DNA of 64,000 nt, from NCBI GenBank assembly GCA_002427535.1, contig DIRK01000058.1, forward strand, positions 811 through 64,810, read 5' to 3'. Positions 1-7,796 of this stretch are shown here, in pieces. Position 1 is the stretch's first letter, and each line of letters opens with the position of its first letter. Below the pieces are notes generated by a model. The model searched no databases, was not told where the DNA came from, and saw only the letters and a list, made by a program, of their open reading frames with translations. The DNA comes from Mageeibacillus sp. UBA5438. GTDB taxonomy: Bacteria; Bacillota; Clostridia; Saccharofermentanales; DTU023. Made by a program: the position numbers and the translations under genes.

Positions 1-1
1 C

Positions 2-721
2 CGAGGACGGGAAAGAAGCCCCGGTGAGTTTAGGCACTCCCAAAACTGGATAGGGGGAGTTGGCAGCACTTTAAAAACGGCAAAGTATATTCCACCCAAT
101 GTTTCTGATATGAATCTCTCTATGTCCGACCTAGAAAAATATATGAATGCGGATGATGATTTAGATACGCTCATCCGTGCAGGACTTATTCACTATCAGT
201 TTGAAACGATCCATCCCTTCCTTGATGGGAATGGGCGTGTAGGCAGAATGCTAATCATTTTATTCCTGATAGAAAAAGGACTATTAAGTAGTCCTGTGTT
301 GTATATCTCCTACTTCTTAAAAATGAACAGGCTTGAATATTACGATCGACTTTCGGAGGTTAGGAATAGGGGTAACTATGAACAGTGGGTTAAATTCTTT
401 TTGCGAGCCGTTCTGGAATCAGCGGAGGATGCAACTGCAACCATTGATCGGTTAGAGGCACTTCGCAATAAAAATGCAGCCTTAATACACGAGAAGGGCA
501 AAGCAACAAAAAACACCTTGCGTCTTTTGGATTATTTGGAAGCTAATCCTATTATTGAGATTTCAAAAACGGCAAAGGCTTTAGGGCTTGCTTTTAATAC
601 AACATCTGACGCCATCAAAAGGTTAGAGAAAACGGGCATCTTAGTTCAATCCGCCGGGCAGCAAAGGAACAGGATCTATTCATACAAAGCATACTTAGAG
701 CTCTTAAGGGATGGGACTTAA
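2..721 (+). CDS. Fic/DOC family protein (adenylyltransferase type), N-terminus cut by window edge
   Basis: Frame of ORF 110..721 stays open back to nt 2 (..GEFRHSQNWIGGVGSTLKTAKYIPP..). Canonical Fic motif HPFLDGNGRVGR = HxFx(D/E)GNGRxxR. wHTH-like C-terminal tail. Visibly AT-richer than the rest of the window. Confidence 0.85.
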   Translation, partial: RGRERSPGEFRHSQNWIGGVGSTLKTAKYIPPNVSDMNLSMSDLEKYMNADDDLDTLIRAGLIHYQFETIHPFLDGNGRVGRMLIILFLIEKGLLSSPVLYISYFLKMNRLEYYDRLSEVRNRGNYEQWVKFFLRAVLESAEDATATIDRLEALRNKNAALIHEKGKATKNTLRLLDYLEANPIIEISKTAKALGLAFNTTSDAIKRLEKTGILVQSAGQQRNRIYSYKAYLELLRDGT

Positions 722-897
722 TATTGAATGCAACGGATCATGGTAATAAAAGGCTTTTGATAAATCCTCTTCGCTGTGTGCCGCCGCTTGATGGGGGAAC
801 CTTCATCCGGAACATCAAGAAATATCTCTTGATCGATAAAAGCCGCGGTCAGCAAAACCGGAAATAGGAGTTGATCTCAATGCCTGAGTGATGACCG

Positions 898-1320
898 TTA
901 ATTGGCCCCATCACCCGCGATAAAAAAGGACAATTCGCCGCTCACGCATAAATCGCCATCGACACGCCCTTCACATTCAATGACATAGACATTCATCCTT
1001 CTGCGAAGTAAACGACTTTTAAACTCAATCGTGTCACCCGGCACCACCACACGGCGAAACTTCACCTTATTCATACCCGTAAAATACGGGATAAAATCCC
1101 CCTCAAAATCAATCAAAAGACAAGCCGACTGCCCCATCATCTCGCAGATAATAACGCCGGGCACGACCGGGTTATCAGGAAAATGCCCTTGTAAAAAAAA
1201 CTCATCGCCCCGCACCGTATAAGAGCCTTGCGCCAACCCCTCCTCGCAAAACGCCTCATCCACCAACAACATAGGCTCCCGGTGCGGAAGTATTTTTTTA
1301 ATCGCTTCTTTATCCATCAT
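898..1320 (-). CDS. fabZ: 3-hydroxyacyl-ACP dehydratase FabZ
   Basis: 140 aa hot-dog fold protein. Motifs LPHREPMLLVDE and GHFPDNPVVPGV. Start overlaps the stop of the upstream fabF remnant (ATGATGA). Confidence 0.9.
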   Translation of the reverse strand: MMDKEAIKKILPHREPMLLVDEAFCEEGLAQGSYTVRGDEFFLQGHFPDNPVVPGVIICEMMGQSACLLIDFEGDFIPYFTGMNKVKFRRVVVPGDTIEFKSRLLRRRMNVYVIECEGRVDGDLCVSGELSFFIAGDGAN

Positions 1321-1877
1321 GAATCTCCGATACGTTGGAACAAGACACCCGCGTTATGCCCACCGAAACCCAATGACAACGACAGGGCCTTGTCCACTCT
1401 TTGCGGCCTCGCCGTGTGCAAAATATAGTCAAGATCGCAATCAGGATCAGGCACCTTCAAACCAATGGTCGGGGGTAAAATCTCCGTTTCAAGCGCCTTA
1501 ATAGAAGCGATCGCCTCCACCGCGCCCGCGGCCCCCAGCATATGACCCACCATAGACTTTGTGGAACTCATCGGGATCCTGTAGGCCTGTTCACCCAACA
1601 CCGATCTCAACGCAAAACTCTCCGCCTTGTCATTTAAAGGCGTCGACGTTCCGTGCAGATTGATGTAAAAACAATCATCTATTTTCGCGCCCGCCTCTTC
1701 CATGGCAAGCTCAATCATCCGAATACTGCCCTCGGCCTCCGGATGCGGCGCTGTCACATGGTAAGCGTCACAGCTATTGCCATAGCCTGTCATCTCACAG
1801 TAAATCTTCGCGCCGCGCGCCACCGCGCGTTCGTACTCCTCCAACACAAGAGCTCCGGCGCCCTCCCGCATTGACAT
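1317..1877 (-). pseudogene. fabF: beta-ketoacyl-ACP synthase II (FabF), C-terminal ~45% only; 5' half missing
   Basis: The 186 aa ORF begins at the ..EGAGALVLEEYERAVARGAKIY.. region and keeps the two His motifs (HGTSTPLND, GHMLGAAG). The N-terminal half with the active-site Cys is absent. The upstream frame hits a stop at 1908-1910, and the next gene starts 56 nt away on the other strand. Confidence 0.75.
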
Positions 1878-1899
1878 TCTTCTCCCATAGGCATAGCAT
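1871..1899 (+). promoter_or_regulatory. candidate sigma70-type promoter for the wHTH-LicC-LicA gene
   Basis: TTGACA (1871-1876), 17-nt spacer, TAGCAT (1894-1899), ~35 nt upstream of the ATG at 1934. The -35 box lies inside the fabF remnant. Confidence 0.35.
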
Positions 1900-1933
1900 A
1901 AAAATGTTCACCTAAAGTGAGAAAAGAGTATTC

Positions 1934-3691
1934 ATGAACAAAATTGACTATGACATCCTGCAATACCTGCTCGGCCATACACAAACCACACAGCGAGACA
2001 TCGCGACAGCCTTGCGGCATTCGCTCGGCGCCATCAACAAAGCCATTCAACGCCTGAAATATAAAAACCTCATCGACGATGACAACCGCGTCCGCCCCAA
2101 GGTCAAAAAACTACAAGACTATTCCAAACCACGAAAAGCCGTCATCCTCGCCGCGGGCTTCGGCCTTCGAATGATCCCCTTCAACTTCGACACCCCCAAA
2201 GGCCTCCTGGAAGTCAAAGGCGAACTTCTGATCGAACGGCTCATCCGCCAGCTCAAAGAAAAGGATATTGACGAAATTCATATCGTCGTCGGGCACTTAA
2301 AAGAAAGCTACGAATACCTTATCGACCTCCACGGCGTCGAACTCATCGTCAACCGCGAATACGCGCGCAAAAACAACTTACACTCCCTTTTTCTCGCATC
2401 CGAACATTTAGAAAATACCTACATCCTACCCTGCGACCTCTACTTTTTAGAAAACCCCTTCTCGGCCTATGAATTTTACTCCTGGTACGCCTTAGGCGAC
2501 GAGCTTGAAGACCCGGGGAAGCTCCGCATGAACCGCTTCGGAGAACTCATCCAAACCAAACGCGACGAAAAAGGTCAAATCCTCTTAGGCCTTGCCTACC
2601 TGCACGCAAAGGAAGCCCCCTCCTTCAACGACCGCTTGCAATCCCTTGCCACAGACTCCCGTTCAGACGATGTTCCCTGGGAAGGCGTGCTAATAGAAGG
2701 AAATATCCCCTTCAAAGCCAAACGATTTCGACAAAACAGTTTCCACGCATTCAAAACCGTGGCGGACCTCCAGGCATTCGATGGCGACAGCCAACTCCCC
2801 GACAACCGATCCCTCACGCTCATCTCCGAGATCCTTGACACCTCCGTCCATGAAATCACCGGGATAAAGCCCATGAAAACAGGCATGACCAACCGCTCCT
2901 TTCTCTTCGACCACAAGGGGCAGACCTATGTCATGCGCCTCCCCGGCGAAGGCTCCGAAGCGCTCATCAACCGCCCACAAGAATACGAGGTCCACCAAGT
3001 TATAACCCGTGAAAAACTGGCCGATGAACTCGTCTACCTTGACCCCAAAACAGGCATTAAACTCGCGCAATTTCTGCCGAACGCACGTGTCTGCGACCCC
3101 CATAACGACGGCGATCTTCTCCGATGCATGACCCTCCTGAGAACATTCCACGAACAGCGCCTACAAGTCGACCACCCCTTCGACCTGTTCCAAAACATCC
3201 TTTTCTACGAACACTTAAGAGGCTCCGTCCCCTCCGTCTACCGTGACTACGAAAAGACCAAGGCCTCCGTCATGGCCCTGTTTGAATTCATCAAATCCTT
3301 TGAGCGCGAACAAGTCCTCTGTCACATCGACGCCGTACACGATAACTTCCTGTTCTACCGAGAAAATTGCGATGGCCCCGAACAAATCAAAATGATCGAC
3401 TGGGAATACGCCGGCATGCAAGACCCCCATGTCGACATCGCCATGTTCTCCATCTACGCCGGTTATAAAAAGGATGAAATCGATCACCTAATCGATCTTT
3501 ACTTCCAAAACTCATGCCCGCCCTTGATCCGGCTCAAAATCTACGCCTATGTCGCCATATGCGGCCTGTTATGGAGCAACTGGTGCGAATACAAGCGCCT
3601 GTTGGGCGTCGACTTTGGCGAATACTCCCTGAACCAGTACCGCTACGCCAAAGAGTATTCGCGGCTCGTCACAGAAAAAGGCAAAAAATGA
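1934..3691 (+). CDS. tri-domain fusion: wHTH + LicC-like CTP:phosphocholine cytidylyltransferase + LicA-like choline kinase (motifs intact)
   Basis: N-terminal HTH (TQRDIATALRHSLGAINKAIQRL). NTP-transferase loop ILAAGFGLRMIPFNFDTPKGLLEV. Kinase P-loop-like KTGMTNRSF..YVMRLPG, Brenner motif HIDAVHDN, ChoK motif MIDWEYAGMQDPHVDIAMF. Confidence 0.85.
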   Translation: MNKIDYDILQYLLGHTQTTQRDIATALRHSLGAINKAIQRLKYKNLIDDDNRVRPKVKKLQDYSKPRKAVILAAGFGLRMIPFNFDTPKGLLEVKGELLIERLIRQLKEKDIDEIHIVVGHLKESYEYLIDLHGVELIVNREYARKNNLHSLFLASEHLENTYILPCDLYFLENPFSAYEFYSWYALGDELEDPGKLRMNRFGELIQTKRDEKGQILLGLAYLHAKEAPSFNDRLQSLATDSRSDDVPWEGVLIEGNIPFKAKRFRQNSFHAFKTVADLQAFDGDSQLPDNRSLTLISEILDTSVHEITGIKPMKTGMTNRSFLFDHKGQTYVMRLPGEGSEALINRPQEYEVHQVITREKLADELVYLDPKTGIKLAQFLPNARVCDPHNDGDLLRCMTLLRTFHEQRLQVDHPFDLFQNILFYEHLRGSVPSVYRDYEKTKASVMALFEFIKSFEREQVLCHIDAVHDNFLFYRENCDGPEQIKMIDWEYAGMQDPHVDIAMFSIYAGYKKDEIDHLIDLYFQNSCPPLIRLKIYAYVAICGLLWSNWCEYKRLLGVDFGEYSLNQYRYAKEYSRLVTEKGKK

Positions 3692-4407
3692 CTGTACATC
3701 TTGCAAAACGCGCGATCGTCATGGCAGCGGGAAAAGGGACGCGACTTTTACCCTATACGGAGAACACGCCAAAGCCCCTCCTTCAGGTCAAAGGTCAGCG
3801 CATGATCGACTCCATCATCCGGGCGCTCCACTCCAGGGGCATCCATGAAATCTACATCGTCACCGGTTACTTAAAAGAACAGTTTGAAACACTGCCCCAA
3901 GAATACCCGGGCGTCACGCTCATCCATAACCCGTATTTTGAAAAAGCCAACAACATCTCCTCCCTCTTTGTCGCAAGAGCGCAGCTCGAGGATGTCATCC
4001 TCATGGACGGCGACCAGCTGATCGAAAACGAAGACGTCCTCGATCCTGTATTTGAAGGATCCTGTTACTGTGCCTTTCAACAACAAAACTTAAGGACGCG
4101 TGAGTGGATATTAGAGCTTACGGACGGGATTATCACAAAATGTCACCGGGAGGGAGGCGTCGCGGGCTGGCAGCTTCAAAGCGTCTCCTTTTGGACCAAA
4201 GAAGACGCCTTGAAACTGCAACAAGACCTCGAAGAGCTATTTATAAAAGAACGCCGCTTCGATCTATTTTGGGACGACATCGCCCTTTTCGAACGCCCCG
4301 AACGCTATCGACTGGGCATACGAAAAGTCAAAGCGGGCGACATCTTAGAAATCGACACCGTGGAAGAACTGCGCGCCGTTGACGCGCAATACGACCCTAC
4401 TAAATAA
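3688..4407 (+). CDS. licC: CTP:phosphocholine cytidylyltransferase (LicC-like), stand-alone
   Basis: ATG at 3688 overlaps the upstream stop (ATGA). The listed ORF 3514.. is an out-of-context extension. Canonical MAAGKGTRLLPYTENTPKPLLQV loop; MDGDQLI acidic motif; 239 aa. Confidence 0.85.
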   Translation: MTVHLAKRAIVMAAGKGTRLLPYTENTPKPLLQVKGQRMIDSIIRALHSRGIHEIYIVTGYLKEQFETLPQEYPGVTLIHNPYFEKANNISSLFVARAQLEDVILMDGDQLIENEDVLDPVFEGSCYCAFQQQNLRTREWILELTDGIITKCHREGGVAGWQLQSVSFWTKEDALKLQQDLEELFIKERRFDLFWDDIALFERPERYRLGIRKVKAGDILEIDTVEELRAVDAQYDPTK

Positions 4408-4422
4408 AGAAAGATAACGACC

Positions 4423-6021
4423 ATGAACCGCACCGCTTCTCACAAACGATCCCTTCGAACCCTCGTTCAAAACATCGACTGGTTGTCCACCCTCTTGCCC
4501 CTGGGCATCATACTGATGCTCACCTTCTTTCTCATCTTCTCCCCGGGACAGTCTACCCTGGTCATTGACCGCATCCGCGATTTCATCGGCAACGAACTGG
4601 GATCCTACTATATTCTATTAGGCCTGCTGTTCTTTTTCGGTTCACTCTACATCGCCTTTTCCCGATACGGTTCTATCCGTTTAGGGAAACTCGAAAAACC
4701 CGAATATTCGTCCTTCAAATGGGGCACCATGATCTTCACCTCCACCATGGCCGCCGACATCCTTTTCTATTCACTTTGCGAATGGGCGCTCTATAGCGGG
4801 GAAGACCACATTCAGGGATTGGGCAACCTCACGCTGTGGGCGCCGACCTATCCCCTCTTCCACTGGGGTCCCATCGCCTGGTCCTTCTACGTCGTGTTGG
4901 CGGTCGCCTTCGGCTTCATGTTGCATGTACGGGGCAAGAATAAACAAAAATTCTCAGAAGGCTGCCGACCCTTATTAGGTAAATACGTCGACAAGGCACC
5001 GGGGAAGATCATTGACCTGTTTTCCATCTTCGCGCTTTTGGCCGGAACCGCCACAACCTTCTCGCTCGCCACACCCCTTTTAAGCGCCGCTTTGGGACGC
5101 GTCTTAAACATCCCCGCTTCGTTAGAACTCACCCTCTTTGTCATGGTCACCACCGCAGTCGTGTACACCCTGGCCGTCTGGTTTGGCATGCGCGGCATCG
5201 CGCTTTTAGCCACAGGCTGCGTCTACTTATTCTTCCTGTTATTGGGCTACGTCCTTTTCGGAGGCGGAGAGACCGTCTACATCCTGGAGACCGGCATCGC
5301 GTCTTTAGGGAATCTCATTCAGAACTTTTTAGGCCTTGCGACCTGGACCGATCCCCTAAGGCAGACCCATTTCCCGCAAAACTGGACCATCTTCTACTGG
5401 GCCTACTGGATGGTCTGGTGCGTGGCGACCCCGTTTTTCATCGGGATTATCAGCCGGGGGCGCACGATCAAGAATGTCGTGCTGGGCGCCTATGGCTGGG
5501 GACTTGCCGGCACCTTCACCTCATTTATTATTTTAGGGAACTACGGCCTGGCCCAGGAGTTAAAACACGGCCTCGATATCTCAAGTCATATCGCCCGAAC
5601 AGGCAATATCCAGGAGGCGATCTTAAAAATCTTTGACACACTGCCCCTCCCCGCCTTCGGCCTTATTTTATTGGTCATCACGATGATCGCCTTTTACGCG
5701 ACCACCTTCGACGCGCTCACCATGGTCATCTCCTCCTACTCGTATAAGAAGCTCGAAGTCGGTAAAGAACCGCATAAACTCGTCCGCAGTTTCTGGGCGC
5801 TCTTGTTCATCCTATTGCCCATCGGGCTATTATTCGGAAGAAACTCCATGAACAGCTTGCAGTCGATCTCAATTATCGCGGCTTTCCCCATGGGCATCAT
5901 CGTGACCCTGATCGCGGCCAGTTTTTTAAAGGACGCCAATCACTATTTAAAAGGAGATTCAAAAACAGACGATCAGACACCCGTCGCAAGCGAGGGTTCC
6001 AAATCTTCCAACAAACGGTAG
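4423..6021 (+). CDS. BCCT family (betaine/carnitine/choline) transporter
   Basis: 532 aa polytopic membrane protein. BCCT-signature-like NWTIFYWAYWMVWCVATPFFIGIISRGRTIKN. Sits in the choline locus. Confidence 0.85.
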   Translation: MNRTASHKRSLRTLVQNIDWLSTLLPLGIILMLTFFLIFSPGQSTLVIDRIRDFIGNELGSYYILLGLLFFFGSLYIAFSRYGSIRLGKLEKPEYSSFKWGTMIFTSTMAADILFYSLCEWALYSGEDHIQGLGNLTLWAPTYPLFHWGPIAWSFYVVLAVAFGFMLHVRGKNKQKFSEGCRPLLGKYVDKAPGKIIDLFSIFALLAGTATTFSLATPLLSAALGRVLNIPASLELTLFVMVTTAVVYTLAVWFGMRGIALLATGCVYLFFLLLGYVLFGGGETVYILETGIASLGNLIQNFLGLATWTDPLRQTHFPQNWTIFYWAYWMVWCVATPFFIGIISRGRTIKNVVLGAYGWGLAGTFTSFIILGNYGLAQELKHGLDISSHIARTGNIQEAILKIFDTLPLPAFGLILLVITMIAFYATTFDALTMVISSYSYKKLEVGKEPHKLVRSFWALLFILLPIGLLFGRNSMNSLQSISIIAAFPMGIIVTLIAASFLKDANHYLKGDSKTDDQTPVASEGSKSSNKR

Positions 6022-7760
6022 TAGTCCTTGGCATAGCGAAACTTGTTCATGGGGAAGGCCCCCATGTTAACCCCGATCCGTTTTTTGTTCAGACTGCACA
6101 TGGTACAGAGCATCCCGCATAGCGCGATGCTCAAATACAGGCGGATCAATTCTTCTTTTGTCGCCGCGCGTCCCAGGTAATACGCAAGGGCCAATTCATG
6201 GCGCCCCCGGTCAAAGTCCGCGCGGTTACAGAACATGGCCACATCGAAAAAGGGGTCGTCCATGCCCGCAAAATCCCAATTGATCACGCGAAGGCCTCCG
6301 GTTGAAAGACGGATCACATGCTCCGCAATATATTCCCTGTGGCATAACACTTGGTCCACCGGAATTCGCTCTTTCAAGCGCAAAAGCGTCGCCATCTTCT
6401 CATGCATCTCATCGATGTCGCGAAAGGGGATGCCGCCCGCCCGGTTGACGCGCTGTTGGTAATCCAGATAACACTTTTGGGTATTGCAATGGTTGTTAAC
6501 TTGCAGTTTCCTGTCGTGGACGAGCGAAATGAGCCGCATACTGTCCAAAAGATCGCGGTCTCGATAGGGGTTCACCTTCGAGGAATGATCGTAATAATGG
6601 ATGATCCGAACACCCGTCTCAGTATCTAAACTCAACAGCTGTTCGGTCACTTCAAGGGGGCGCAAAAGATCGTAGACGGACTGAACCTCTGCATAATCGA
6701 CACAGGCATCTTCTTCTCCGTTCGGTATACGTAAAACGTATTCTTCTTCCCCGACACTGAACTTATATGCCTCGTGGCCGATTTCATCGAAGATAAGCTC
6801 CATCTCCTCGATCGCATCATGCGTTAGGCACTCGTTCATGGGGAAATGCTGAAGCACGCGTTGTTTCGCTTCTATCCGATAGCTTTTATCAAAGGCTCGC
6901 AGCTCATCGAGGGAGTTGAATGCATGGACTATTCCTGACAGCTCACGAGCTCTGATCGACAGGCCGTTGAAATGTTCCATGAGCACCTGCTCCCAATATT
7001 GACGACTCATCTCAGCTTCAAGGTAGTGCGCTTGCAATAACTTCTTGACGCTTTCGGCCGTGTTGCGATCCACATACGCGGGCCCGATAAGCGCGAGACA
7101 ATCCTGCCCGCCCAATTGGACATTTTGAATCCACCCTCTGGGGGTCACCTCCACCGCCCAAGCGGACACCGGCCCTTCGCGAAAGACACAAGCATGCCAG
7201 CTTTCCGGCTCATAATCGTGGAATATGTTGTCCTCCATATAGTGCTCCGCCATGAGCACATAGCTGTTGCCCAGATGTTCCAGCGCGTGGTACAGGCTCG
7301 AAAAATTTTCAAAGGTCGCGTAATCCGGGTTGTAGATGAGGCGGATACCGTAACGGTCAATCAGGTAGTCATAGGCTTCCAGATGGTTACCCGCCAGCAA
7401 ATAAATAGTATCGATGCCCTGCTCTTTCAACTGATCGATCTGGCGCTCAATCATGACCTCGCCTTTAACCTCGAGTAAACCCGCCGGCTGGGTGCCCATA
7501 AAGGGAAATGACGGAAATTTAAAAGTGGCGGCCAAAATAATGGCGTTTTCGACCCGATAGGTTTCAAGCCACGCGAGTCCCTTTTCGGTGACCCTTAGAT
7601 CATCCTTATTTCGTTCTAGAAACTGATTCGAAAGAGCGTCCTTGATCACCCGATTTACGGTGCCCAAAGACAGCTGACATTGTTCAGCAAGGCGCCGCTG
7701 CGTCAAAGAACCGTCTTTCAGTAATCCGCGAAGGATCGGAACCGCATTTACCGCATTCAT
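5973..7760 (-). CDS. wHTH + LicC-like + choline-kinase-like paralog with degenerate catalytic motifs (putative pseudoenzyme/regulator)
   Basis: Same architecture as 1934..3691. NTP loop is ILAATFKFPSFPFMGTQPAGLLEV (no GxGxR, no PK). Kinase P-loop replaced by DEIGHEAYKF. Brenner motif is HREYIAEH. ChoK motif is VINWDFAG (D to N). Confidence 0.8.
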   Translation of the reverse strand: MNAVNAVPILRGLLKDGSLTQRRLAEQCQLSLGTVNRVIKDALSNQFLERNKDDLRVTEKGLAWLETYRVENAIILAATFKFPSFPFMGTQPAGLLEVKGEVMIERQIDQLKEQGIDTIYLLAGNHLEAYDYLIDRYGIRLIYNPDYATFENFSSLYHALEHLGNSYVLMAEHYMEDNIFHDYEPESWHACVFREGPVSAWAVEVTPRGWIQNVQLGGQDCLALIGPAYVDRNTAESVKKLLQAHYLEAEMSRQYWEQVLMEHFNGLSIRARELSGIVHAFNSLDELRAFDKSYRIEAKQRVLQHFPMNECLTHDAIEEMELIFDEIGHEAYKFSVGEEEYVLRIPNGEEDACVDYAEVQSVYDLLRPLEVTEQLLSLDTETGVRIIHYYDHSSKVNPYRDRDLLDSMRLISLVHDRKLQVNNHCNTQKCYLDYQQRVNRAGGIPFRDIDEMHEKMATLLRLKERIPVDQVLCHREYIAEHVIRLSTGGLRVINWDFAGMDDPFFDVAMFCNRADFDRGRHELALAYYLGRAATKEELIRLYLSIALCGMLCTMCSLNKKRIGVNMGAFPMNKFRYAKDYYRLLEDLEPSLATGV

Positions 7761-7796
7761 AAAAACCCCAATTACGCATAATTATAACAATAAAAG

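Noticed and set aside
3514-3687. N-terminal 58-codon extension of the licC ORF as listed (start 3514).
   Set aside because: The extension overlaps the 3' end of the upstream kinase domain in another frame and is Arg/Pro-rich. The LicC fold begins right after the ATG at 3688, which forms an ATGA overlap with the upstream stop.
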